From: Setoptus koraiensis
Lineage: Eukaryota > Animalia > Arthropoda
Assembly: GCA_048013815.1 (NCBI GenBank)
Contig: CM106585.1
Coordinates: 9,982,001 to 10,046,000, forward strand
DNA length: 64,000 nt
Reading direction: 5' to 3'
The notes below the pieces were generated by a model. The model ran no database searches and was not told the origin of the DNA. It saw only the letters and a program-made list of their open reading frames with translations. The position numbers and the translations under genes were made by a program. Below are positions 48,675 through 62,929 of this stretch, piece by piece. How positions within the stretch are numbered: position 1 is the first letter of the stretch; every line of letters begins with the position of its first letter.

Positions 48675-51600
48675 CTTTTTTCTCCAGATATCTGGCAATA
48701 ATAGCCACTGAGTGGAGCGAAAGCAGTAAAACACACAGTTTATTGCAGCATTGGCCGCTTGGTTGTTGCGTTCGCCCATTTAAACGAAACCAAACGAAAC
48801 CAGGCCAGGCCAGCCAGTCAGTGGAGGCCCTCTGTTGGCAAAATGGAGGAGACCGCAACAGCGCACAAGAGAGCTAACAACAGCAATTCGCCTGGTGCTC
48901 TCATAAAAGGTGAGTCTATTAACATGTAATTCTGCTTGGGTCAATCGGTCAATCGGCGCAAATCTAGCGACTGACTTGAGTTGGCCAGCGGTTAATTGGT
49001 TAATGGTCAGCAACCAGAAATATGAATAAAAAAGGCAAAGTGTCATTGGGTCGTATAATTTGTCGCAATTGGACGCAATGTGACACTCGAGCGAGTTGCG
49101 ACGATGCGCCGTCGAGTGGGCCTAATAAGGCGTGCAGAGACTAGATAATAAACCAGATAATAGACTGGATAATGGGCATGATATGCGTGACATTTGCGTC
49201 TTATTCTCGCAAACGGCAAGCGTGTCGATGGCCGCTCTTCTCTGGCCTTCTCTGGCCTTCTCTGGCCTCTTCGGTGGCCAGTTTCGGACACTCTGAGCAT
49301 TCGGACATTGGCTCGGTGCAACAAGTTGTAACAAGCTGAAATGGTGGCGTCCGTTGTGTTGGCAGCCAACAGACGACAACTCAAAAACAATGGACCAATT
49401 GCGAATTGTGTTTGTTTGTCCATTAGCGATTGTGCCAGTGCACTTGTCAGTGGCATGGTGCGTTAGTTGTGGTTGTGACGCAAGTGATTTGCATAAAACT
49501 GGAGCATCGACAGCAGCGACAAAGTGACACCGTTACTCGAATCATTGTCATGTGACAACGACAACACCGGCAACACCGACAACAACGACAACGCCACCAA
49601 CAACAGCTGTTTTGGCTCGGCGACAATATCTGCGTTTGGCTGGTTTGTTGTCGCTAACGGCGGCCATTGTTGTCGTTGTTGGCAACCACTCACCTGTATG
49701 GCCTATAACGTCGCTCACCTCAGCTGACAGGTCACCTGTAACCTGATCGCCGGTAACCTGTGACAGCTGTAGTCGAGTCAGCTGTGACATGATCAGCTGT
49801 GACAGCACTGGTTGTGAGATGACGCCGGTCACGTGACTGTAATGTATTATGTGATTCATTTGAGATTCACTCATATTGGTCAGTGGCACCAGTGGCTGTT
49901 GTGTGTCAATTGACGACAACATCGTCGGTCCGGACCGGACCAGACCGGGCCGGGCCGGGCCGGGCCGCATCGGGTCGCGCCGGCTCGCATGGGGTGGGGG
50001 CGCCCAGCGTGTAGCGGTCAATTGAGATTGATCTGATGCTGAGGCGTGGCCAGTGTCGGGCTCCGCAGGGGGCGCTCGCAGTGGCCGCATCCGGCCAATC
50101 GAAGCAATCAATTGGATTGGCCATTAGATTGCAAGTTGCCGAATTGCAGACGCGAGAAGAGCGGCGCAATTTGTGCGCAATCTGTGCAATTTGCATTGCA
50201 CACACACAACAACGTTACAACTGGTCAAGTTCACCGACAAAAACATTGAATTCACAACAATTGTCAGTATAACAAGAGTGTGTGTGTGTAACGGATGACG
50301 TAACTACATAATATCTGTACAATAAATAGCTGCTGTACATGAGCCAGCATAATGGTGTTGTTGTTGTTGGCATAAAAGTTGGCCACCGTTTCTAATTAGC
50401 CTGTTTGGCGTGTTGTGAAACAACGAAACAAACTAATCGCGTGCCACATCAACAAAGAGATGTTACGTCATCAATCAGACAATTGATGCAGTGTGTGTGT
50501 GTGTGTGTATAATCCATGGGCACAGATTGACTTTTGATGAGTGACACACACACACTTGTTACATAACACACTCATCTAAAGGTTAGATGAGAGTAATCGA
50601 GCGAAAGTTACATTATCCGGCGGTCGGCAGCCACCATTTAGTAACAGTTGTCGTTATTTACATCGATTCATTTTCGGTTGCTCGTCATTATCAGCTGATT
50701 TCTCGGTCAGTTAATTACAATCGGCCAGATACGGTCAGCGGTGTGACGATCCGGCATCCGTCACTCAGTGCATTGGCCGCTGTCGGACACTATGCTGCCG
50801 GCTTGCCAGACTGACCTCACAAGTCTTGTCAGTGTGGCGAGTCGCTCGTGGTGGCGCTCTCATCAATATCATTGACACCAGCAAAATGATGCCAGAGAGA
50901 GTGGCCACTCACAAGGCCAACTGCGTGAGATTACATAACCCTTAATATCAATAGTGATTACGACGATCAGCTGCTTGTCAGCTGGAGGATCGTTAGGCCA
51001 TTATGTTTGTCATGAGCGCACTAGGCCACATACAGCATATCCGGCCGGATAATATACATTCACGGGCCGAATAATACGCGCTCACGGGCCCAATCATACA
51101 CATTCACGGGCCGGATAATGCGCATTGGCGGGCTGGATCGGATCAAATCGGCCAGTGAATACACAGTGTGTGTGAGTTGCAAAAGCTTCCTCGTTGGCCG
51201 CGCGTTGTGTCACTATCTCGCGATGGCTGCCATTCATCTAGCTCGCTTAGCTAGCGTCTAGACAAAGTTATCGAGCGAGAATACTTACGCTTATAGGAAT
51301 CGATGGCGAGCTAGCTGGTTGCGCACAAGCTACAAGAGCAGTTCATTGACAAGCGTGAAATGTATGTAGATCAATCGATTGCTGGTTGCTGGAATATTGA
51401 TGCGGTCAGTGGTGATGTTGTTGTTGGCACCGCCATCATCATCATCACAACAATGCCATCAGCAACGGCATCGCAAGCAACAACAACCGCATCAACGGCA
51501 ACACAATTCATCATTATTCATCCTTCGATCGGCGCAACAAATCTAACGCCAGATCTAACCCAACATTTTCACTCTCTTTGAATAACTGGCCCGTCGGCCG

Positions 51601-53983
51601 GCGAGAGCGGCTAACTGGCCATCGTGTGTCCAGCGCTCACACACAGTTGAGAGATTAATCGCTCTCTCAGAGAGAGAGTAACGATGATTTGATTAGTTTG
51701 ACCTGGTGCAGTTGCCAGCCGGCCCAACAACGGCAGCAACAACAGCAGCAACAACAGCAGCAACAACAGCAACGACAGCGGCAACAACAACGGCAACAAC
51801 AGCGGCAACAACGACAGCGGCAACAGTTGATCCGGTTGGCTAACTCGCCAGACTGGCCGGCCTGACCCGTGCTGTCGTTATTGTTGCGCAAGTGGATTTA
51901 CTTTCGCTTTGTTGTTCAATTAGCATCCCTGGCTGGCTTGGCTCGGCTCGGCTCAAGTTTAGGCCAACAATTAACTCTCTGGCAAACAAGGGAGGCGATG
52001 CGGCAACAACGGCAACAACAGCGCAACAACGGCAACAACAGCGCAACAACGGCGGCCAAACAGGTACCGACGGAGCGGACAACAATGTACAACATCACTC
52101 TTGTTACACTTGTTGTTGTTGTTGTGCCGTTTGGCTCGCTGGTTCTGTGCCGTCAGCGGGCAACAACACAATACGAGATATTGCGAGACGCATCGGGTCG
52201 GCGCAGGCCGGCACAGAACAGGTGAAGTGGGGCCTTCTTTTTGTTTGCGTGATTAGCATACACACCGCTAGACGTTGTTATGTAACAACTGCAAACTGTG
52301 TGTAACTTATACGCCGGTCAGCCGCTGACGTTTGGGCTGGCGGAGAGTGAGCATGGCACAACAACAATCGCGGCCGAGAAAAGTTTAAGTTGCTGTCGTT
52401 GCACTGCAAACAACGGCAACAGCAACAACCAAGGCAACAACCACGGCAACAGCAACAACAACAACAGCAACAACAACCACGGCAACAACGCCAACAACAA
52501 CGCCAACAACAAGTGGTTTGAGGTGTGGCCTGTGTGTGCATACCTATATGTTGATGATGCTTCATCTTATCTTGTCTCTTTTCATGTTGATCGATCGTCG
52601 TCGGCGCTCATTGCTCATTCCGCGCTCCTGTGACCGCCTGATACACACCACCAATCATGATGCGGCCCGCTCATGGCTGCCGAGATGCAAATGCCAGGCG
52701 ATACCCGACCGCCTGGCCTTTGTTACCCGAGTGGCCCGGTATGATACATACAGGTACGAGCCAGGTTGTGGTTGATGTTGCTGTTGATGTTGCTGGCTGG
52801 CCGGAGAGTGGCAGCAAGAAATAATGCGCTGCGACACACACACACACCGGCCAATGTAATCTGATTTGATGATGAGGCTGCGTCGCTCGGATAATACGAC
52901 GGCATAACGTCATGAGCCAACATTATTGTTGCTGTTGTTGTTGTTGCTGCTGCAAATTGAATAAGAATGCCCGGCTGGCGACCGACCGACACAGCGCCGG
53001 CCAATCGCCAGTCGCAACATAACACGACTCAGGTGAAAAAAGAAAGCAGCGGCTACAAAATGATGACGCAATGATCAACTCTAATCATCTTGTTTCGCCA
53101 TAAACAACAACAGCAGCAACAACAACGGCAGCTCGCTCACTTTATCTCGGCCGGCCGGCTGACTGGCTGTTGCGCAACATCATCAGCGTGCGCTTATGTG
53201 CCAGTCGGTTGATGATGTTAAAGTGGCTCGCTGATAATGGTGATTTCTTGAGCCTAATCATCATCTAAATCATCTAGATCATCCGCGCTCGGCCGGCGCG
53301 GCTCGGCCAGATTTTAATCATTGCTGTAACGCTCTGATAACTCGCCGCCGGTCGGCCAAACTCGCAAGCTCGCAAGCTCGCAAACTCGCAAACTCGCAAA
53401 CTCGCAAACTCGCAAACTCAAACGCTCGCCAGACTCTGGCGGCCAGAGCACCTGTTTGGCCAGGCGGCACCCGGGGGCCAGCGGACCGTGCCCTGGTCAC
53501 TGCGGGCTACCTGCGGGCCGAGTTGGCCGGTCGGCCCGTCCGGTCGGCGACGCTGACAAGTTTTTTGACGAGACTCTTGTCACAACCTGCCACTCGCAGC
53601 ATTAATAAACAAACAACGGCGCGCAAACAGCGGCGCACAAAACAGCGGCACACTGTGCGCCACTGTGAAAAGTCCTGCTCCCTGGAAAATGTCCCGCTCC
53701 CTGCAAAGTCCTGCTCCGTGCGAGGGCCCACACTGGCCGACGACGCTCGGCACAGCCTGTGACTCACAGCCGGTGAGTTGCACAGGAGCCTTAATCACCC
53801 GGCACGACGGTCGCCCCATCGAGCCGATCCATCTCAATAAAATCCCGTTCGGCCGGACTCGCCCCCCATCAAACAAAGTCATGCGCGATCGCAATATTAC
53901 TTGCGCCTCATCTTGCGCTGCTGCCACCGTCTCACTAGCGGCGCGATGTGCCCAAGCGCATGTGTTGTTGTTGTTGTTGTTGC

Positions 53984-54017
<34 letters not shown>

Positions 54018-56349
54018 GTTGTTGTTGCTGCTGCTGCTGTTGCTGCCGCTGTCAGTGGCCAATTGCGTCATCGGTGTCCGATTGGGTATCATCGCAACTT
54101 GTGTGATTCGCAAGTCGTGATGGTGGCGGCGCGACGGCCACTGATTGGCGGCTTGAGTGGTAGCATCTAATTGTAGCTGGCCCATTCAATCATCATAACT
54201 GTTGCTCAAATGGGACGCTGCTCGCAATTCGTTGCTGTCAGATCTCAACAAATTGCACACTCTGACAAGCTCGCTGGTCCGCTGTCCAACCAGCGAGCTT
54301 GTCCGACAACGGCAATTATGCGGCCAGCGATTATTTTACTTTTGCCGGCCGGCCGGCCGGCCGGCTGACGCGCTCGAAGCTGCTGACGGACAAACTCGAT
54401 AATCGCTCACGATGAGCACATGAATGATCGCTGATCGCCCAAATGTGACCAGACGCTGACCACCAATAAAAGTGTGGCCACTGGCGTCGGGCCACTGTGC
54501 GGGTTGCGCGGCCAGAGTGAGCCGGTCGGCCGGCGATGATAAAATTAAAATTAAATGCCCCTTGTTAGCGTTGTGAGCGCTCTCAGCGGGACAATTGACA
54601 ATCGGCCGGTAATCGGAGTCGCTCTCACTTGCGCTCTCTGCGCTCTGTTTGCGTTGCCTCTCGCCAGTGAGTGGCAGCGACGGCCGGCGACGGCCGGCGA
54701 TGGCCGGCGATGGCGAGCGCAAAAGGGTTCGGGCTGCCGGCCATCGCGAGCGCTCGTTGCCTGTCCGGTTGCCTGTCCGGTTGCCTGTCCGGTCGCCTGT
54801 CCGGTTACCTGTGCGCCGGCCGGCCGGCCGGCTCGGTTCCACTTGACGCGCCAGACAGACGGGATGTTTGGCGGCTCAATTGTGACGAGCAGCAGCGGCG
54901 GCAGTAATAATCTCATCGGCAAACACATCATTGGTCGCATCAGCGCACAATGGCGAGCGCTGGCTGGCTTAGCCGTCTGGCCGGCCGGCCGACAACGAGG
55001 ATGCTTCGCAGCGAGATCAGATAATCGGGCCAGGCGAAAGGATTATCCTCTTCGGTTTCCTTGCCGCGCCGCTAGCTTGTTCACCTGCTGCTCGCCAGTG
55101 TGATGTTGCGCACGGCGCATGAGACGCAAAAATGGGGCTCGCACATCAGGCCAGACGAGCGACGGACAGCGAGCTGACAGCGGCCACTAAGAGGATTGCG
55201 ATCGCTCGATAGATGGCAATCTCGCCGGGCTTGTGTGTCGAGACTGGTCGGAATTTGCGCATTCGCGAACTGCCCACCGAACGCCGAGTTCGCGAACTGC
55301 CCACCGAAGGCCGAATTTGCCAACTCTGGCAAATTCACGCTGGCTGACCGGCCTGTGATGAGCGAATCACGGACTCTCGTCGCTTCTTTGCCCTCTTGCT
55401 GGCGTCTGGCCGCATCGCACTTGTCACACCCAGAGATCAGGCCACTGACAACACGATCAATGTTTGCTCGACCTTACCTCGCCCGACTGCCCGGCTGCCC
55501 GGCTGCCGCTCGCAGGCCGGCCCGGCCGGCCCGGCGAGGCTCCTCCGGCGCCAGGCCGTCAGCAGATGGCGCCACTTTTGCTCGCTCATTGTCCGCGCTG
55601 CCCACCGGCAGGCTGAGCGAGACAAGCCAAAAAACATTGCACAAACTTGTCAAATTGTTGTGTCGACCAGCGACAATTGATCGCGTGTCTCATCAAGTCA
55701 GCGCGCATTGTCGAAACGATGGCGAGCCACAATTGGCCAGTGTTTGGCCATCATCGTCTGGCCATAACTTTGGGCGAAATTTGTGTAGACACAATCTGGC
55801 GAGACAGCAGCGCCGCTTTTGAGCTAGCCAGTCACTGTAGTACAGTGGCTCAAAGAGGCCAGGCGAGCTTGACCGGCGTGCGATGGCCACAGCCGGCCAG
55901 TGGTCAAGAGTCGAGAGGCACGGCCAGTCGGCTGTCGCTGTGAGAGCATCATGATGGGGCTAATTAGAACGCTCTCGGGCTGGCTAGAGAGTGATCGACG
56001 CGCGCTCCAATCATCAAAGTGCCGTCATTATAGAGCCTGACTATTGGAGAGCTCTCGAGTGCGGCCAGTTGCGCAATGAGCGCAGTCAATTAATTTGCAC
56101 CTAGCACGACATGAGCGACAATGACCGGCCGCTGGCCTGTTGTCGCCGGCATGCAAACGCAAAACGTTAACGTTAACTTGTCGTGACATTAATTAATTTG
56201 CAAATATGCACAACACTTGACCATATCAGTGGCCGTATCAGTGGCCGTATCGGTGGCCGCATCAGGCCGCGAGATGCGCACCGATACGACGGGCCAAGTG
56301 GCAACGGCAGCAACAACAAAGCGACATGCCTCATCTTACTAATTGACAG

Positions 56350-56434
56350 TTGTTTGTGTGCAATGTCAAAATTACCATGGCTGCCAGCGTTTGCCACAAG
56401 CTTCAGCAAAGTGACGTAACAAGACTGCGCTGCT
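56350..56434 (+). other. Candidate isolated 85-nt exon of an unidentified large gene
   Basis: Branch-like CTAAT plus TGACAG| acceptor and |GTAAGT donor. Only one frame is open (LFVCNVKITMAASVCHKLQQSDVTRLRC), with an internal ACCATGG. No homology recognised. Confidence 0.25.
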
Positions 56435-59400
56435 GTAAGTGTGTCAATCATTAAGTTTGTTGTTGTTGTCGTCGTCGTCGTTGTTGTTGTTGTTGTTGCT
56501 GTCGCTGCTTTGGTTGTTGTTGTCGCTGCTTTGGTTGTTGTTGTGGTTGTTGTTGTGGTTGTTGAAACAATTGAACAGCGCCGACCACTGACAGCTGATC
56601 TTTGCAAGCCAGCGCAGACCAGACACAAACAATCGTGACGCTCACCTGTCGTGACGACACTTCCACTTGGCTGCCCAAATGGACATTGTGTGTGGCTGTC
56701 GAATAGTGGCTGCCATTTATACTCATCAGTATTCATCACGACAACGACATGATGTTACCATGAATGATGATGAACGATCAACAACGGCCAGCCAACAATC
56801 ACCAGCGCCAATATTAGCCAGTATTATGTAATATACTATTAGCCAGCAGTGGCAACATCAACAGTAGTACGTATGCATTACGTAATAATCGTCAGCCACT
56901 ACTAGCTTGCCATTCAATGATCATGCGGCATAAAGAGCAAGCTCATGAGAGAAAGAGCAACATGACAAACAACTTAACACGCTCGCCTTATGTGTTTGCA
57001 ATTGTAATATTACGTAATATACACATACCGAGTATATGAGTGAGTGAGTGAGTTTGTTGCGTAATACACAGGCTAGATATAGGCACGGCGACTTGTTCGT
57101 TGGCAAGACGACGCTCGCTCGCTCGTCGTGTGTCTCTGCTGCGAATCATGTGCGATCCATGTGAGCATCTCCGACTGGCCAATATAGGCCAGCGGACACA
57201 ACTCATAGAGCACACTTTTGGCTGCCATTCAACGATTGGCCACAAGTTACAGCGGACAACCGCTGATCACCAGCTAGCGTTTTGCGTCACTGAACTGGCT
57301 GCAATTTTGCCGAAATTTCGATGAAATTTTGCTGAAATTTCGCCGAAATTTTGCCAACTGCCGGCTGACTGATTGGCAAACGGCAAATTAGACAAAATTG
57401 GGCTGAATGTGCTCGTAGCGCGTGCTGCAACGGCCCGCTGGTCGCTGCAGTGGCGCTTGCGCTAAGCACTTCCGCTCCAGCGGAACGCCGTGTCACCTGG
57501 CGCCCACTCGTGGCGACGATACGCGAGCATCTGGCCGCCTCGTTGTCGGCCGCCGACCAGCAACTTAACGTATCGCCTCGTACACACGACGCTTCTAATT
57601 CAGTCGGCCGCTCCATCTTTATTTGTTTATTTTCCGATGGGCGATCGCTAGAAAAAATAAACTATTAGCGAGCATTAGTTGTAATTGTTGTCGCAATCAA
57701 GGATAATTAGCAGCGCATGATCAAGCGGCCATCTAAGCCGACCGGCCGGCCGGCACCGGTCAGCGCCGGATTATGTCCGGTCGGTGTCGCTGTTGGCCAC
57801 TGCCAGGCAAGTGTCCAGTGCCGGCCGGCCGGCCAGCCAGCCAAAACAAACTAATTAGACCAACTGGATCTTGATGAGTGCGCCAGTCGGCTGACTGACC
57901 GGTTGGCCAGCTGACCAATTATGGCCAGTTATGTTGTTAATTCATGAGCCATTATGTGTGAGAGGGTGAGATTTATTTCGATTTATTATTACGATTTATT
58001 TGCAAGCGGCGCCGATATCGGCGACTCTTCTGGCGCTCGCTGTTTGTGCCGCTCCAAACTGTGGCTTTGACTCTAGAATCTAGAGTCTAGATCAACAACA
58101 TGCCGCTACGGCTAATCCGCCTGTCACAGGGCGACTTAGTGAAATCCGCGCACGCTAATATCGCGAATATCGCCGAGAAACTTTTAGCGGACTCATCATG
58201 GCACAATATGAGCTACGACAAGGTCGCCGTCACTCCGACCGGCGACTCATCTTCGGACTGTCGAAAACACACGACAGCCCATGCAACAACCCATGCAATG
58301 TCTTATGTAATAGCCCAGATAATAACTCAGATAATAACTCATGGCAGCGAGTCGCTGAGAGAAAAATGTCGAAATATCCCAAGTTGAATTTGAATAGTTG
58401 CATCACATATGCATGTGCTCACATTTGGCATTAGGTGTCGTGCTCAATGGTGGACAGTTGCGCAATGGTGGACGGTTGTTGCAGTGTTGTCAGCGCACTG
58501 TTTGCGCGGCCTTTTTGTTTTTGTTGCGCGCCAAAGATGATGCAATCATGACGACAACAACCGCAACAACAACACACACAGTTGGATAGGCAGCAAATAG
58601 CGAGCAAGAAGCTACAAGTTTCAGTGAGTGGCCGCTGACATCGCGATGATTATTGTGGTCATCGTTATGGTCATGCTCCATCGGTTCGGCTCGACTTGAC
58701 AAAAATCACAATATTATATAATATTGGTTTGTTGGTTGGTGAATTCATTGGTCGCACTGCAAACTGCGGGCTGACAAGGTAAACCTCCTAGGGGTTGCGC
58801 AACTGTGGCCGTGCAACGATGAGCATGATTGAATTGACTGTGGCACTCGTCACATGGGCTCGCCAGTTGCCAGTTGGGCCAGACTGCCATTTCCATCATC
58901 TTGGCCATTGCTGGGCAGGCGCCTCGTGGATAGTTTTGCTTCTTGGCTAAACTCTCTTCGCTGGCAAAGCCCGGCCAAGAGAAGGCGAGGACTCGCTGAG
59001 CTCGCTGGCGAGGCCCCTCTCAGAGGAATCGAATGCGAGCATTTGCACAATCTCTCGAGTCGCTTCAGTCGAGATCCATTGATGCCCATGCAGACTCTCG
59101 GTTCACTATGGCTCATCAATGGTCGTAATTTTTGAGTCATTGTGAGTCTCATTATGAGCATCGCACACAGTCTGGCAAGTCGAGTCTCGACTGTCGAGAC
59201 GCAACAAAGCGCGTTGTCTCGATCTGTGCAGGCGAGCTATTTACGCCGGCGCCATATATTCACGATATTAACAATATTCACAATGTTCACGATATTCACA
59301 ATATTCATGCGTGAATGTTGTGGCTCTGTCATAATTGTGTCATCAGTTGCTAGACCGGCGCTGGACAATAGTGGACAAACTGGCCGAAACGATACGACGG

Positions 59401-59615
59401 CCAGCAGCCGAATGGGCAGCAGAATCACTCACTAATGAGAGCTCGCTAACGCGATGTCGTATCTCATGTCTGGCGAGGCGTTTGAGGAGTTTGCTTGCGC
59501 TGCGATTCGGGCACACGGAAGCCGCGCTGCAAGCCGATGCGACACATGACATTATGAATCACATATGATACATCAAAGTCAGTCGCACATTGCGCAATAT
59601 GCAAGTCGCTGTTGC

Positions 59616-59616
<1 letters not shown>

Positions 59617-59670
<54 letters not shown>
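59617..59670. repeat. (GTT)n microsatellite, about 18 units
   Basis: Direct reading; one of dozens of CAA/GTT and GT/CA tracts in the window. Confidence 0.95.
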
Positions 59671-59672
<2 letters not shown>

Positions 59673-61384
59673 GTTTATGTTTATCATCATATTTCATCAT
59701 GTTGCATCATCAAGTTATATTGTGTGTGCCACTTTTTTGCGTGTATGCGCTTATTAGTGTTGGCAACAGCAGCAACATTATGTAACAGCGAGCAGCAGTT
59801 TGCTGCTCACAATCAGCCAAGCAAATCATTGCCGCTGTGTGTAGCAGTTGTTCTAGTTATTGTTGTCGTCGTCGTCGTCGTCGTCGGTTGCTGTTGTGCG
59901 CCAATATGCAAACATATTGCAAACATTGGAATACACACATAATAAACTGTGTGCGACTTTTGCGCCACTCAGGCCACACTGGTCAGCGCCGGCGCCAGCG
60001 CCAGCACGGCCAAGAAACAAATCTCGTCACAACATTACATGACGGCATCTCGAGACGACATTGCGCAACATCTCGACATTGCGCAACATCTCGAGTCATG
60101 CCGAGATGTGTCACATCTCGGCCGGTTGCGCAAGACGAGAGACAAGTGTTTCTGCCGCCGCTAAAACGCCAAGTGCCACTGCGCCGCGCCGCGCCGAACG
60201 CACACAGAGATGAGACCCGAACTGGCTCGCCGGCCAATTGTGCCCACTGACCGGTGTGTCACCGGCGAGCCCAGTGCGAGGGCCAGTGAGTGACACGTAA
60301 TCACCTTGCCAGATGGATGATAATCATAGGCGACAATTATTGTTGCTGGCGCTCACCTTTGCTGGCTTGGCTGCCGCCGAGAGTCGCAAGCGTCGCCAGC
60401 GGTCAGTGGCAGCGCCGCTCAAACCGGCATTTACCAGCGCATGATTGCTTGGCGTGTTTTGCATGTCGCATTTTGCATTTCGGCTCGGCTCGGCTCGGTT
60501 CGGCCCGCTTTGGCCGGCCACTTGGGCACACAACTGGGCATTGCGCCGAAAATGGTTGTCTCCAAAAATGGAAAAATCTCATCCTCGCCGCCGCCGCCGA
60601 AAATGTGAATAAATTTTGGCATGGCCGAGATGCGACAACGACGACGACGACGACGCTTGAGAAAAGTGTCGTCGTGTGCGAGTGATACAATGGTAATGGC
60701 AGCATTGTCTTTGCGCGCTCGCTCTGGGATGGCCGCTGCGAGAGCGGCCATCGAGAGTCGAGTACGATGGTCAGTTTGCAGCGGTCAGTCCGCAGCGGTC
60801 AGTCTGCAGCGATCGGTGTGCAGTGGTCAATCGTGGCCAGTGCGATTGATTGATCAAGCGATGGTTCAATCCATTTCTGGGCTTGTGTGCGCAACGGCCA
60901 GCTTGTGGACAATGTCAAAAAGATAATGGCCGTCGCGTTACATAATGGCCCTCACTCTTTGCTCAGTTGGCCAGTCTGGTCGGTCTGTCCAGTGGCGGCT
61001 CGCCGGCCCGACAGCCGATCGATCGGCTGTGACAACGTTCACTCACAAAGTCGCCAACGGCCAATAGCTTGTGTGACAACAACAAGCTGTGAGAAGCCGG
61101 CCCGACGCACATAATTGCAATGGTGTCACAGCACCTGTTGGCCGCCGCGTTTGGCCTGACACAACGGCGTTTGTTGCTCCAGTTTGCCCGCGAACGCTCA
61201 TCCGAACTTCGGCTCGGAACTCGGTCTCGTTGGAGCCGCCACCGACCGGCCAGCTTCGAACATCGGCGAGCATCGGCAAACATCGGCCAGCATCGGCGAA
61301 CATCGACCGGCCAGCGGCGATCCGACACCCGCCAGCGAGAGGCCACAACTCGGCGCTCTCTGTCGCGCCGGCTGACCGACATAT

Positions 61385-61510
61385 CGGGCGACCGTCATGT
61401 CGGGCGACCGTCATGTCAGCCGGCCGCCGTTTCGGGCGACCGTCATGTCGGGCGACCGTCATGTCAGGCGGCCGCCGTTTCGGGCGACCGCCGTTTCGGG
61501 CGGCCGTCGT
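61385..61510. repeat. Degenerate CGGGCGACCGTCATGT tandem array
   Basis: Direct reading. Confidence 0.8.
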
Positions 61511-62183
61511 TTCGAAGCGGCGGGACGGCGCAACAAGACGCAAGATTGCTTCGGACGACCGGAAATGGTCGATCATCGTGCATCAATTGCCGCTGGTGGC
61601 ACAAATCGGCACAGCGCTAATTAATTGTGTGCCATTTGTTGCCAGGTTTTGAGGCGCGCTGTTGTTGTTTTACCTGAGCAGCGTTGTTGTGCGCGTGCTT
61701 TTACTAGCCAACATTTGTTTGTGTGCCACTATTGGCCTGCCAACGAATGCTGCATGTTGCACAACACACCAACAGACTAGCAAACTGTAATTAGTTGCGC
61801 CGACCGGAAATGGCCGGGATGACTTTTCGTGGGGGCGAATATGAAAAAATGGATACAGAGTCAATTCGATTTCGGTTTATCGTTTATTTGGCCAATCGCA
61901 TTGGCAACGTCATTAGCGGCGAGATTGGCGGCCACAACAGATGCGGCCACAACTGCTGCGCAGTGTCGCGCTCCAGCGAGCAACGCGCGCCATTATAGTT
62001 GTCGCGCAGTGACGCGTTTTTTCACGTGTGCCATTGTCGCGTAGCGCACCGTCGCCATTGGACCGGTCGCCGTAGGCCGCAGAGAAACCGGCCAGCCGGC
62101 CCGCCGCCAGACGCACGGGCGCACACACTGTCTGGCAGTCGCGCAGATGGATAGACACAGTGGCGACGGAGAGGGAAGCCTGA

Positions 62184-62270
62184 AAAAACCAAGGAACGTG
62201 CCCGAAAAAACCAAAGAACGTGCCCGAAAAGAACGCGCCCGAAAAGAACGCGCCCGAAAAGAACGCGCCG
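62184..62270. repeat. 15-bp GAACGCGCCCGAAAA tandem array
   Basis: About 5 diverging copies. Confidence 0.8.
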
Positions 62271-62929
62271 CGTTGGCGTAACGCGCGCGTACATTATGAG
62301 CGACGAGAAAATAACGTATTTGTCATTATTGTCAGTATTCGAGCGAGCCCACTCACTGCGTGTCTGCGTGGACAACACAGTGCGAACAATTCTTTGCGAG
62401 TTTCCAATTGGAATTGTCTAATTTCGAATTTCGCTTCTGAACGCGCTCTCGTTCGACGCCGAACTCGGCCGAACCCGGCCCAACTCGAGGCAAACAACTC
62501 CAACGACAACAACAACGAACTTGTGCAATAAGTTAGGTGCGCGCCACGAGGCAACAGAAGCGAGCGATTGTCGTTCGCGTAGTCAAATTAGGTAACCGGC
62601 GTCGCTGCGGCGTTCGTTTTGTGGCCGCTTCGAACTCGCTTGCGCGCTTCGAATTCGCTTGCGCGCTCCGAATCGGCTTGTTCAGTTCGATCGAAGCGAA
62701 CATGCCGAACTGCGCCACTGTCCCAGACGCAGCGTGTGCGAGTGTGTGTGTGTGTGGCGCGTTGCGGTGATGCGGCCACCGGATGCAGATGGATAAGTCA
62801 CGCGATGATCTTACATAACGAGCGAGCATCATAATTGCCTCACTTGTCTGTGTGTTGCTGCAGTGGCCAATTGATGTTTATGGCAACTATCGAGTGAGCG
62901 AATTACCGAGTATTATCAAGTAGCAGCGG

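Noticed and set aside
51549-51560. 11-nt match to the miR-750 5' end (also a miR-277-like 10-mer at about 31146-31157 and a miR-279-like 9-mer at about 48566)
   Set aside because: No complementary arm or hairpin, and the rest of the mature sequence does not match.
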